A stretch of DNA of 64,000 bases from the human T2T-CHM13v2.0 reference genome, Homo sapiens, in the NCBI RefSeq assembly GCF_009914755.1, contig NC_060927.1, one strand, 5' to 3'. Positions 25,169-38,675 of this stretch are shown one piece after another. The translations under genes and the position numbers were made by a program. The notes under the pieces were generated by a model, which did no database searches, was not told where the DNA came from, and worked only from the letters and a program-made list of their open reading frames with translations. How positions within the stretch are numbered: the first letter of the stretch is position 1; every line of letters begins with the position of its first letter.

Positions 25169-26239
25169 AACATATATACAGCAATTTATTTTACTTCCAT
25201 TGTTTCAAATAGTAATTCTTATATATTTCATTTTCATGACTGTTAAAAATGTTTCTCATGCTTATTTCTAAATTTATGGCAATATTTTAAATGACCCACT
25301 TTCCCAGAAATCTAACCTTGTGAAAACAGTTTTGTATTTAGGATACAAGGTAAGATACAGAGTCTATTAGTCATTAAACAGGAATAGTTTTCATTTCGAA
25401 GATTTCTTGAATAATTTTGATTAGTGTTCTAACCATCTCTAGGTGTTAAAGCTCCTATAAAGATATTGCATTCTTATGAGTGTCCCTATAAACCCCAGCT
25501 ACTGAGACTTCCACTTTGATACTCATGTAACTTAGATTTATATGTGTAAATTAGTCTTAATGGCCACAGCAAATGTTCTTTGTTTATAAGGAGAATCAAA
25601 TGTATTTACATATAATCACATGTATTTAAATTATGAAATGAATAAAAACATCCCCTTTGACTCCTCTCTTTATTATTAAATATTCCTTCTGTCTCTGTGT
25701 TGTAGAACAAATTGAATTGCCGATGAAGTATGATATGCTAAAATATAAACGACTGTACTTGTTCATTTAATCTTTTGTCTATATTTTAGCATATCAAACT
25801 TCATTGACAATTACTAATCTTTTTGCCACAAAAACTGATATATTACTTCTAAAATTAATCTAACCTAGATTAATATGCATTAATCTAAGAAGATATAATT
25901 TACAGTAGCCACTTCAAGCAGAAAAGTTGAGTCTCCTTGCTAATAATCACATCTATTTAAAGATGTGCAAAGGTATGAATTTTTAGAGTAACTATAAACA
26001 ACCGTGCCAACTCCAGCTTTAAAACCGAAAGTGTCTCCTGTGATTCTAGACTTATCCCCACTTAAAATATGAAGATTTACCACGAGAGAGATAAATTGCA
26101 CTGGAGTTCTTTCACCATCTAAATAGTCCTAATTTACCCTCCAAGGCTTGTTCTTTTAGCTCAGTTTCCAAGTTTTAGTGTAGTTTGCTCAGAGTCCTAA
26201 TTATGCATAAACATAAAAAATATTTTCTCTACAGCTCCA

Positions 26240-27860
26240 GAGCATGTTAAAATCTTCTACTTATAAGTGCAGAATTTTCCATTTCTTCCTTTATGTTGTC
26301 AATTGTTGCCTCATGTGAGCCTGTATTATTAGATGCATATACATTTTCTATTGTTAAGCCTTTCTTGTGTATTTTTCTTTGTATTGCTATGATGTGTCCT
26401 TATTTATCTCTAGTAAAATACTTTGCTTGGAAGTCTTGTTTATCTAGATTTTAAAAGTTATTTCGGTATTATTATGCTGCTTATATGAATGCTTTATCTT
26501 TTTCTGTTTCTTTACTTTTGATTTATCTGTATCTTTATGCTTAAATTGTATCTTTTAGTAGGCAGCATATATCCAATCTACTGTAGTATCTATGTTGAAA
26601 TTTATCCTGGGCATTTTAAATGTAATATTGCCATTTAACTGGAGTATTTTTACCACTACTATTTAATAAAAGTATTGATATGGTTGAATTTAATTCTACT
26701 AAGTTTATCATTCATTTTTGCTTTTCTCTCTTAATTTTGTTTTACAGTTTCATTTTCTCTGCCATCTGATTATTTGAATAGTCTTAAATTATATATTGAC
26801 TTACAGAATATGGTTACCCTGCAGATTATAATATACATATCAAACTTTTTATAGTCTGTTTACTATGCAGATTGTACCATTTTGATTAAAATATAGAAGG
26901 TAAGCAACTATAAAGATTATTTCCTTTGTCCTGTGCTCTTTATATCACCATTATCATGTATGCATACATTATAAACTTCACCTCAAGATTTTATGTATGT
27001 ATGAATGTATGTATATACACATATATATGTATGTGTTTGAGCGGGCCATTATTATTCTCTCTGGTATTATTTCTTTGTAGTCTGAAAAACTTCCTTTAGC
27101 AGTACTTTTAGAGAAACTCTGCTGCTCATGAATTCTTTTACTTTATTATTATTTGAGGAAGTCTTTATTTTTTCTTCATTCCTGAAATATATTTTCTTAG
27201 GGTAGAATTCTGTAAGGACACTAATCTCATTCATGAAAGCTCTGTCTCCATGACCTAATCACGTTCAAAAGGCCCTACCTTTCAAAACTGCCACCTTGGG
27301 GATTAGAATTTTAGCATATGAATTTTGGTGGGATGCAAACATTCAGCTTATAGTACTCTTCTTCAGATTGAATACATTATATTCATCAATAGAATGATTA
27401 ATAGATCATTCTTGATCAGTCAAGTCCAGTGATTCCTTCCTCTTGTCATCTCCATCTTATAATTGAGCCCAGTTATTTTTTAAAAATTTCAGACACTTAT
27501 ATTTTATTTTGACAGTTCCATTTTCTTATTTTTTATAATTATGATTTCTGTGTTGAGAGCTTCTTTCTATTAATTTAATGAAGCATATTTACAATGACCA
27601 CTTTAAAGTTTTTCTCTAATAATTATAAAATCTCAGCTTTCTCAGGTTCTGAATCTGATTGCCTTTTTTTCTTGAGGATTGCTCTGGTATCTCTAGCTCT
27701 TTGTTTAGTAATTTTGGATTATATCATGGATATTTTGGAGGTTATATTGGGCAGAATTTTTCCTATACTAATCCTCCGAACAATGTTGATTCTTCATTTT
27801 GTTTTGTTTATTAGGCATTCAACTAAATTAATTTCAGAGATCAAGTTCTGACTGCCACCC
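26240..27860 (-). mobile_element. Ancient L1 (L1MC/ME-like) ORF2-5'/ORF1 region, interrupted by a (TATG)n tract and an MLT1A fragment
   Basis: tgttaaaatcttctac...tattagatgcatatacattt; tctgaaaaacttcctttagc; aagtctttattttttcttcattcctgaa. Confidence 0.65.
27212..27355 (-). mobile_element. Partial MLT1A-like LTR
   Basis: taaggacactaatctcattcatga...catgacctaatcac...atatgaattttggtgggatgcaaacattcag. Confidence 0.8.
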
Positions 27861-28195
27861 CGAGTGTATTTTTAAAAGACTGCACTATATTTCTTTAAAT
27901 TTGTCCTATGCGTCAACCACTTGGAATAATCTGAGACCTAGGTCATCGCTAAATATCTGCTGCCTGTGTTCCTGAAGCTCTATTCATTTTTTCCAAGACT
28001 GTTATACTGCTTTTCTTCTGTTCTGTGTCTGAGTAACTCAGGAATGAGCCCAAACCTTGTGCTGATTGATGCACACAGTCAGGGCATTTACCTTCTCCAG
28101 CTATTTTTTTTTTTCCCCAGGATTCCCTCCACAGTCTTTAGCCCAAAAAGACCCCATCTACTGTTTTCTTCCTTCAGAAAGATGAGGTTTCTGAG

Positions 28196-28695
28196 TGCTG
28201 TGGATTGAATTGTGCCCCCTCCACTAAAAAGTATGTCGAAATCCTAACCTATTATTACATATAAATTGAACTTATTTGTGAACAGTTTTTGCAGATATAA
28301 TGAAGATCTAAGTTAAGATGAGATCATACTGGAGTAGGGTGGGCCCTTAATCCAATATGACTATTCTTCTTCTAAGAGAAGAAGAAAAGATACAGAGATA
28401 GACAAACCCAGAGATCAGAATGCCATGTGAAGACAGAGACATGTAAGGAGAAGGTATCCATACGATGATGAGGGCAGATATTGGAGTCATGTATTTAACA
28501 GCCAAGGATTGCCGGCAAGCACTAGAAGCTAGAAGAGGCAAGGAAGAATTCTCTCTTTTGGTTCCAAAGGAAGCACAAACTTGCAAACACCTTAATTTTA
28601 GACTTCTATTTTCCAGAACTGTGACACTAATTTTTATTATTTGAAGTCACCCAGTTTGTGTCACTTTGTTATGGGAGTCCTGGGGAACTGATACA
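28196..28695 (+). mobile_element. MLT1C solo LTR
   Basis: tgctgtggattgaattgtgcccc...gccaaggattgccggcaagcactagaagctagaagaggcaagg...aactgataca; perfect 5-bp TSD CTGAG. Confidence 0.93.
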
Positions 28696-30569
28696 CTGAG
28701 TTTTAGGCTTTTGCAGTATTGTTCTGCCAGGAAGCTTCTGAATCGTGACCCACCCTCAGAGAACATCTAAGACTAGGAAAAAAAAAAAACAACAACAACC
28801 AAACAAACAAAACTGGTGAAATCACCTTTGCATGAATCAAATTTCCAAGCTTTGAAATTACTCTATAATCTGCCTGCTTCTGTTTATTTTTGGAGTCCTT
28901 TCATAGTTCATTAGTATGCAATGGGCTTCTATCAACATATGGAATAAGAACTCATCTTTAATTTTTAATTTCAAGAATTAAATACATTTTTCTATCCTGT
29001 TTATTTTCAAATTTATGACCATATAATAGCTCTTTTGTCATAGATTTTAATGCAAACTTTCGATTCTATTACCTCCCTTAAATTTCTTCACTTCACTTTT
29101 TAACATACGGAAAAGTAAAAAGAACAGATATCTAAAAAATGTCATTAAAAATAAATCACTCTCCTAGTTAGATTTTAATCTTAATTAACCTTTTGACATC
29201 TAAACCATAAGCAGCAAATGAATTGATAAACCAATGCCTCTGCTAGCCCACTTCGAGGATCTCATAAAATATTTTTATCAGGTACTTTTTCTATTTCAAC
29301 GTGCAATATATCTGTGGGTTCAATTTGCTCTACAAATAATTCTATTGAACACACAAAAGGGAAATAATGCTAATGGGTACAACTTGCATTTAGCCCAGCA
29401 TTTCTAAATTTTTGATACAACGTATTTTAATATTCAATGAAAACTTAATAAGATTTTTTTCTTCTGTAGTCAAGTAAAGTTGGAATATGTAGTGTTGTAT
29501 AATCATATAAATGATAATTATCTAAATTTTGGACATTCTCTGAGCTTTTATTATGTTAATATGAATAATATAGATGCAAGAAAATTACATACTAGGCTGA
29601 CTTTTACAAACTGTTTTTTACAAAGGACATTTTGTATGAGATTATCTGTTAACATTTTGAGTAAAATTAGTGTCCCTTAAAATTTATTTCAGAAATACTC
29701 TTACAGCTAATCCAGGTTAACTGCTAGGGATATCTGTTCTATTTTTTTTTTTTAATCCTCTTTAAAATCTTGTTTTCCTTAGTGCTCATAAACATTTGAG
29801 AATAAATATTTGGAGCCTGCCAATATAGCTTTGAACTTAATGTCAGGAATTATGTAATTTCCAAACTACTTTATTTTTTTTTCTTTTTTTTTTTAACTGT
29901 GAAGAATTTGGCAAGGGTCATTTATATGGCACCATTGCTGTTCATAATTGCAAAGTTATGAAAAATGTTCCCTCTAGTTCAGTTTTGAGTCCTTCATGCC
30001 CTGCCAGTTTCTTAATGTCATTCATATGGACTGGAAGATTTTATTTCTTTTGAAATAACTCTGCAGTCTTATCACTTCTCCAAATATATTTGGCTTTATT
30101 TCCTTCTTATTTAGGTTTGAGTTACACTGTCTACATGAGAGAAACTTTTTTTATTACATCATTTTTACAACTATTGCACTTTTTCTTTTTTTTTTTTTTT
30201 TAGAATCTTATTGCTCAAGCTACTATCCTTACCCTTATTCTTCTTATAGATGTCATTTTCAAGGGTTTATATCATTTATTTGAATTAACCTTTTTATACA
30301 TAATCTTTTAAAATCAGAGATAATCAATTTCCTCCATGCACAGGCATAACGATTCCATTAGGTCCAACTCACTGAGATAATTTGTCTTTGCATTGTCAGA
30401 CCTGTGCTTTTAGACACTATCATGGCTTTTGAACTCCTCTTTTAAAATCTCTAATCAAGAAAATACATTTATATTTATTTACTATTTAGAACTTAAATAT
30501 TGTATAAGCTGCATTCCTAAAAACTAAGATACCATTCTAAATGTTTGGTGCATGTATTGCCTAAATCAA

Positions 30570-30705
30570 AATGTTTTGAGCGATTATTAAACATTCAGAT
30601 GTCTCGACTGACCTTATGCCTACTAAATCAAATTCTGCAGGGGACAGAATCTAATGTGTGAATTGTTAACAAACACTTAGGAGCTAACTATTTGGAAACA
30701 TTGGT
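30570..30705. mobile_element. MER5-like hAT relic
   Basis: ttaaacattcagat...cctactaaatcaaattctgcagggg...ttaacaa...tttggaaacattg. Confidence 0.4.
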
Positions 30706-31029
30706 CAAAGATCACTTAACATTTGTTTTCTGTTATGATCTATAATATTAAATTGGGTGGCTTTCACTGATTTGACTTATTTCTTTTGAAAAATTATGCA
30801 AATGTCATATTCCAGTCTTAGTCCTATTTAATAGTGTCTGTGATATTACTCTAAAATAATGTTCACCTTCCTTTATTAAAGTGTTACTTTCCTGTGCTAA
30901 TTAACTGTCTATTTTTAGCTTATATAATCCACTTCATTGCAGCGATCCCAAAAGCTTTTATAAAAAATTCTTATAAACCTTATATTGTACCAAAAGTTAA
31001 ATTGTTTATTTATGGATTGTCTTTCATGC

Positions 31030-31170
31030 CATCCTAATCGACTAGGTTCAAAATTCTTTCAGGATGGAAGTAGGTCTTCTGAAACTCATTTTAGAATGCC
31101 TACAGCAACTGGCACAATATTTTGTACTTTGAAGGTGCTCAGTATGTTTGATGAATTGAGTTGAATTGGG
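31030..31170 (+). mobile_element. L2 3' end relic
   Basis: ctggcacaatattttgtactttgaaggtgctcagtatgtttgatgaattgagttgaattg. Confidence 0.55.
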
Positions 31171-33088
31171 CTTCTTACTTGATAATTTCTTAACATTATT
31201 AACAGGAGCTTTCTTCACTAGTGTTTTAATGTCTCATTTGCATTCATTCGTCTTATTGACTCTTTATTGACTTTTCTGCTGTTTTGTATTTGGAAATTTT
31301 TTTCCTGACTCTTAAGATGCATGGCAACCTTTGCCAAGAACTACTTTATCATTTTCGTATCACCAACCATCTGCCAGTATGGCATGTTACGCAGTTTATT
31401 ATTTTATTACCTGTTACTCAGAATGGTGTGTCTAAAAATATTATCAGTAGTGGTACTGGAACAAAAACTTTTCTGTGCTAATATTGATTGGAAAAACACT
31501 GTACTGAATAAAATTAAATTGAATCTTTTGCTAGAGAAATCCCTAGGTCCTTCAATATAGTAATCAATAAACAATCATAGTGTTTAGCCTTTAAAATTTA
31601 TTTAACCACAATAAATGAAATAAAGTAAAATTTAAAAGCAATCTTTTCCCACTACATATGTCCCCTAGAACTGTGCTATTTGAATTACATATCATTTAGT
31701 ATTAGTAAATTAATAAACTTATTGTGGGGAAGATACTAGAAAAACAAAAAATTAAAATAAAAAAATAGTTTCTTTAAAATATTTGCTGGGAAATCACAGG
31801 TTCTTGATGTAAAATAAAACAAAACAAAACAAAAAACCAGCAAAGAACAGACAAAAACATTTACTAGAGAATCTAGGGATACTACCTAAATATCATAACT
31901 TCTGCAAAATTTATGTAGCAGATATCTATGCTATTTTATGGATAATTATTTCACGTCTTCTATCCCCAATTTTTTCAGCGACAATGACAATTTAACATAA
32001 ATCCATTCCTTGCCAATTCTCCCCATGATCAACAACTTTTACTTGTCAATCACAGATGATTTCATATCATAAGATAAACAATGATAACTAATTGTGTTCA
32101 CCAGGACCAAAACTAGCATTGATTGTTCTGTTTTTCTCATCTTCAAGACTAGATATTATAGGGATATTAATTGAAATTTTTATATGCCAAATTGTCTTAC
32201 ACAATACTAAATAAGCATTGTATGCTCAATGAATGCTGGCTTGATTCTTATTCAAACACAGAGTCAACAATGCACACATCTGCCTTAGATTTAATTTTCA
32301 TATTTCTAAAGTTTACAACCTTCCTAGTTAACCATATGAACAGTATTGTAATTACATTTATGGAAAAACATTATTAGAAATTTAGGAAGCATTTAACTTT
32401 AGTCAATAGTCGTTGCACCATCACTTATGTTAAATTATTCTTGGAACAATATTCTGTGGTCTTCCCAATACTTAAAAATTTTCTAGTGCTAGATAATGTT
32501 GGTGCAGTTCTCAGCAAATTTTATATCAAAAGAAATGCTGTGCTGAGCTCTCTTTATTATTCTATTAAGACTTTGAATAAAAGGTAGACTTTTTTTGTTA
32601 TAATTGTTGCCCTATATTTTATTTATAGATAAAAAGGATGTATTGCAACCTGTCAGCCAAGTTTTAGAAAGTACAGTTTATAATAATATTTTCCATTCTG
32701 ATTTTCTATAAACTTTCTTTTATATAATCCTATAGCTATGTTATAGAAACCAAATAATATTAACTCAATTTAATATACTTTAGAATCTGGCAAAACCTGA
32801 AATCTACATTTACTCAATTCTCTCGCAGAATATTTTATTACGAAGATGAATAATTCTTTAAAATTGAAATAAAACCTATCGTTTTAGTAGATGAAATTAA
32901 ACTGGTCTTTGAAACTAAAGCACTTTTTTCTTCTAAATCCATACTTAAAATATGACAGCAATTTTTACACTTAATCCTATTATTTATGAATTTTTATTTT
33001 CTTCCTTAGATATTTGTAGTTTTCATGTTGGTCTGGAAAATTGAATGTGATGTTTTGTTCAGTGAATTGATTAGAATATTTTTCTCAA

Positions 33089-33122
33089 TAGATAGAAAGA
33101 GGTAGATAGATGGATAGGGAGG

Positions 33123-33164
<42 letters not shown>
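33089..33164. repeat. (GATA)n tetranucleotide STR, with pure (TAGA)10 at 33123-33162
   Basis: Directly visible. Confidence 0.97.
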
Positions 33165-35309
33165 TCAATTATATAATTGCAAATGCAAATTTTTTTAAAG
33201 TTACCAAAATTCCTTAGTCAGATAGTAAAAACAATGTTTTATGCATGTAGGTATAGTTTCTTCAGTTTGCCTATTGCTTTCTTCTGATAATTTTTTCTTC
33301 ATTCTGAACACATCTTTACTTATCTTTACTCATTCTAAATCTCCAATTATCTTTGAAGTTGTGTCATTTAGTAATAGGGCTAGGCACACAACAAAAAAAT
33401 TTATCATATTTGTTTAGTAGCTGTAATTAATGGTGCATAGATTATTTAGAGAGCTTGCATAAACAAGAGAGCCAATAACAAACACTCTTACAGGGAGTAA
33501 GCATTATAATTTCTCCACTGGAAAAGTGTAGCAATTAAATACTTGAACACAAGAAGAATAAGCATCTTTATAAAGCATGAGGGAAACATGCATTCTGCCT
33601 CTTTGGAGAGTGAGGGAAGAATTTGTTTGTTTTTTTTTTCTTTTTGTTTGTTCAACATTAGGAAGAAAATCTTCTCTGTGGGTTGGGACCCATAATACCA
33701 ATTTCACACATTCATTTGAAAAACAGTGAACTATGTGGTAGCCATGGCCTTGAAAATGCCAAGTATGTAAAAATGTGTGTGGATATAGATTTGTCTAAAG
33801 GGAAACTTAATATGATGGTTTTGATACTAAGCTCATGAATGACAAAGAATTAAATTACATGGTCAAGGAAGAGCACTAAGCCCAGATGTTAGTCAAGTTC
33901 CTGTTAAGATGAAATAAAATTATTTGGCTTTTTTCTTTTATTATTATATAAACAGAATCTGAGTCTGAATTTTTGGTCTGTTAAAATGGTAGGGTAATCT
34001 TCACACACAATGTGGTTTTGTCAAGGTTGATAGAGGCATATGATGTAGCAAAATGAAACGTAATGGAAAGATAATTCTAGACTTGAGAAAATGGTAAGGT
34101 AAAGTCAAGGTAATGAAAGTAATAGAAAAGATTCATTGATAGATTTTTCTATAGGCTTCTTTATTCTTAAAGAGCTCAACATCCTATAATATTTCAAGCA
34201 TGTTTTTAAATTCAAGTTCTTAAAAATTATGAATTTCTTAAGGGCAGGCAATAAATTGTCTAATATCTATTATAAACATTTGCCACTTTAATACATCTCA
34301 TAAATACCCAATAAATAAACATTTACTAATAACAGAACATAGGGATGATATAAAATTTTATTTTTTTATTTCTCTACTTTATATATTCTATAAAATTAGT
34401 GATGATTATGCTGGCAAAATAGCTATTAACATTTAGGAAAAGTCATAAAGAATAAGTCTAAAATATTTACTAACGATGGCAGATTCTAGAAGAAAGGAGT
34501 CATTAAGAGTTTACTGTACCCATGCTAGGGCAGGCACAGGAGTTATAAACACAGCAATCTGGTTCCTGTATCAAGGCATGTGGCTGATTTGCATGAGGCA
34601 ATAAATTGGAAAATAATTGAGACAGAGAAAGCATGTGACATCAAAGGTAAAGTCTTTAACCAAAATATTGATTTGAGTAAAAGCTGGAAACGCAAAACGT
34701 GAAGGTGAGATGATTAGAGTTATGCACCTGGGTATTCCATTACTCTTGATCCTCTAAGGGAGAAAAATCACAATAAGCAAAGCAGCCAAAATGCAAGCAC
34801 TGAGAGGAAGGAGAAGCAGCCAGAGGCATGAATTATCCTTCCACTGGAATGGGTAACTACTGAATAATTGAGGATTGACTTCAGGTTGAATGTTAAATTT
34901 CCGCTGTGTGCGTGAGCTGTGGAGCCCTTAGGTAAAGATTTGATTTACATAGATTAGATCAATAAATACAAGATAAACATAAGGAATAAATAATAACCCA
35001 TCTTCAGATAGGAATCATGCTCTTAAGATTTGCTTAGCTGAATTCTTGAGAGACCAGCAGGCCGACTCTTCTGGCTTTAAAAATCAAGTATCTAAGCTAC
35101 TGCCTTCCATAACACAAGGGGAAAATTGGCACACAGTGCAAGCAATAAACTTAGGTACTTAGAAACTATTCTTCAAGCTTGTTCAAAATACAGCTTGGGA
35201 ACAAAGACAAACAAACAGCAGTAGAGTTGTTAAGTATATAGATCTTATTTTTTCAAGTCAATTTTACATGTAATGTTTTGAGTTTCCCCCCCTCCCAGTT
35301 GAAATACTA

Positions 35310-36600
35310 TGGAATTTTACTTAAGCTTTTTTTCTGTAGAAAGTTTAAAATTGTGTGATAGTAATATGTTCATTCTATAAGTGTTTATTTAAGCGTTTTA
35401 TTACTATAATCTATAAAACACAAAAATTGCTGTTATAATTATTTCAAAATTATTTTTAATGTGTTTTATAATTTTTATTTTCAATTATTTAATAACATTT
35501 ATCATAGGAAAATATGAAGTTATTTCAACAGGTTTTCATATTAAGAAGTCCATTGCAGAATAAAAATTAAAACTAAATTACGGAACTAAAACTACCTATT
35601 ACAGAAAATACATTCATCTCCTTTCAGCACCATTTTGCTTACCTTCTATAATCAGTCAATTAGCTACATCTGAAGGATCCACAGATATTTTGCTGGGCTG
35701 ATGGTGGATCAGAGTATGTGAGAGGTAAGAGTTTAGATGATATATAAAACCACTAATGGATAGGTTGAAAACTATCCAGTCATCAAATGATTAATAACTA
35801 GAATATACAAGGAACCCAATAGCAAAAAAACACAAATAATCCAATATTAAAATGGGCAAATTATCTAAATAAAAATTTCTGAAAATAAGGCATACAAACG
35901 TCCAACAGCTATATGAAAAAAAGTTCAAATTCACTTGCAATTATGAAAATGTAAGTTAAAACCACAATAAAACATCATCTTACCGCAGTTAGAATGACTA
36001 TTATAGATAAAAAAAAAACAGATGCTAGCACGGATATGAAGAAAAGGGAAGGCTAATACACTGTTGGTGGAAATTTAGTACAGCCGGTATGGAAAGCAGT
36101 ATGGAGGTTCCTCAAAACACTAAAATTAGAGCTGCCATATGATTTGGAAATCTCACTGCTGGATATATATCAAAAGGAATGAAAATCTGTACTTCTATGT
36201 TTATTGCAGTGCTGTTAACAATAGCTAAAAAATGGAATCAACCTCAGCATCCACTAATGAATGAATGAAGTTTGAAATTTGGTATATATGTGTGATGAAA
36301 TAGTACTCAGCATAAAAAAAGAAAATCCTGGCATGTGCAACAACATAGGTGGAATTGATAGAAATTACATTAAGTGAAATAATTCAGGCACAGAAACACA
36401 AATATCGCATGTTCTCACTCATATGCGAGAGCTAAAACAGTTGATCTCAGAGAGCTAGAGAGTAGAATATAGTTTCCAGAGGCTGGAAAGTGAAGCAGGG
36501 AGGAAGTGATGGAAAGAGGTTGGTTAATTGGTACGAATATACAGTTAGAGGGAAGGAATAAGTACTTGTGCTCAACAGCACAGTAGGGTGACTATAGTGA
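35310..36600 (+). repeat. Dispersed duplication, copy 2 (probable donor)
   Basis: Colinear with 11447-12750. Confidence 0.95.
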
Positions 36601-36800
36601 ATGATAATTTACTTCATATTTCCAAATAGCTTGAGGATTTGGAATGTTCCCAACTCAAAGAAATGATAAATGTTTGAAGTGATAGATATGCCAATTACCC
36701 TTATTTGATCATTACACGTTGTATACTTGTATGAAAATATCACAGACACCCCATAAATATGTACAAATATTATGTATTCATAATAATTAAAAATTAAAAA
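35764..36800 (+). mobile_element. L1MA 3' region complete to the A-rich end
   Basis: Continues past the point where copy 1 stops: ccaattacccttatttgatcattacac...aattaaaaattaaaaa. Confidence 0.9.
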
Positions 36801-36829
36801 GCACAACAAGTGACAACATTAGATCAGCA

Positions 36830-37330
36830 ATTTAAGGTTACTCTGGCTATAATCCACAGAATAGATTAAGTGCAAGCAAGCCTAGAGGCAGAGATACCAG
36901 TTAGGAATCTGTGATCGTAGTCTAAGTAAAGTGAGTATGATTACCTGAGTTTAGGTAATACCATTGGGAATGGTAGGTAAGGAGAAAATATTTGAAAAAT
37001 GTTTTGGAAGTAGGTTAGGTGTGGAAGATGGGAGAGAAAAAAACAGTCAAAGATTGATGCTTTTGAATAAGACTTACAAGCAAGAGGATAAGTTCAGGGA
37101 CACTTATTAGAAAAGAAGAGGATAATTATTTGGGGGGCAGAAATTGATGAAGTAACTGTACATATTCTATTCTAATTGATTAGGGGACTATTAACTAACT
37201 AGACATAAATATAGGAAAGAGGTCAAGGCCAGAGGTAAAGATTTTGCAGTGTCTGGGATAAGAAGACCCTAGGTGAATGTTTAGAAAGTAAAGACAAGTG
37301 ATAGAGAAGCATGGCAAGAACAATAATATA
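36830..37330 (-). mobile_element. L2 relic
   Basis: ttactctggct...agaatagatt...gaggcagagataccagttagga. Confidence 0.5.
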
Positions 37331-37504
37331 ATGGTAAAGTGGAAAAAAAAAACCTACGAAGAAATGTAAGAATGAGGAGACATAACTTTCATTTAAAAAC
37401 AAAAGAAAGAGAAGCTTTCTCATAGAGTATAATCTATCAATGACCAATTGGCTGGTACTGGCTCATTAGATTCTGGTTTAGACTATTATAAAAGTAGGAA
37501 CAAA

Positions 37505-37718
37505 TGAATGCTTATATCTATTGAGCAATCACTGTGTGTCAGGCACTGAGCTCAGCTTTTTAAAGGCATTATTTTAATTACCTTCCTAAAGAATATAATT
37601 ATTATTTCAATTATACAGATAAGGAGACTTATAAACAATGCATAAATTATTCATAGTAACAGAGAGAGGAAATGTGTACCCAGATGTGTCTGATTCTAAA
37701 TTCTGTGCTTTTTAAATT
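37505..37718 (-). mobile_element. MIR
   Basis: tattgagcaatcactgtgtgtcaggcactgagct...tacagataaggagact...cccagatgtgtctgattctaaa. Confidence 0.75.
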
Positions 37719-37779
37719 ACATTGCTAGAGTTTTTTCAAGTGTGGGTCTTAAACAACTTGTAATTGCTTAAGGTTCTGT

Positions 37780-37900
37780 GAAAGAAAGAAAGAAAGAGAA
37801 AGGAAGGGAGGCAGGGAGGGAGGGAGGGAGGGAGGAGGAGACAGAGAGAGAGAGAGAGAAAGAAAAAAAAACGAAAAGAGAAAAGAAAAGAGAGGGAGGG
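37780..37900. repeat. Compound (GAAA)/(GGGA)/(GA) purine repeat
   Basis: Directly visible. Confidence 0.9.
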
Positions 37901-38354
37901 TTGCCGCATTTTCTATTATAAAACATTTATTAAAGCTTTTAAGTCACCCTCTTTGATAAAGGAATTGAGATTTCCCAAAAGTATTTTAACAAAGAAAAGA
38001 TGACTTTTGTCACTAAAGGATGGAAGACCAATTTGAAGAAAGATATTATAAGGTTAAAACACAGTCAAAAGAGATGTAAGTCATAACAGGAGAATCTTCC
38101 TAAATAATTTTTAAAAGTTACACGTGAATACTGTTTATTTTTTTATTTTATTTTATTTTATCCTATGCCCTGAAAAAAGTTGAAGTATAATTGTAGTGAA
38201 AATATTCAATCACAAATAATTTGTCTCTGTTGTTTTCTTGATGGTGTCACTGAAAGATCAAAGATAAAAATTGATGACACAGTTAGGCTGCTGAAATCAA
38301 ACATGAAGAAACAGTTTCAGAACTGGCTTTGACTATTTTTAAAAGAAGAAATCG

Positions 38355-38675
38355 TGCTAGGCATGGTGGCTTATGTCTATAATTTCAGCACTTTGGGAGG
38401 CTGAGGCAGGAGGATTGCTCGAGCTCAGCAGTTCAAGATCAGCCTGGGCAACATGGTGAAACCCCACCTCTACAAAAAGTAACAACAACAAAAATCAGCC
38501 AGATGTGCTGGCAAGCACCTGTAGTCCCAGCTATTTGGGAGGCTGGGGCAAAAGGATCCCTTGATCCCAGAAGGTAGAGGCTGTAGTGAGCCAAGATATT
38601 GCCACTGAACTCCAGCCTGGGCAACAGAATGAGACCCTGTCTCAAATGAGAGAGCGAGCGAGCGAGAGAGAGAGA
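38355..38675 (+). mobile_element. AluJ with its tail converted to a (GA)/(GAGC) repeat
   Basis: ggaggattgctcgagctcagcagttcaag and gagaccctgtctc are J-type; degenerate TSD gaagaaatc/gaggaatc. Confidence 0.93.
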
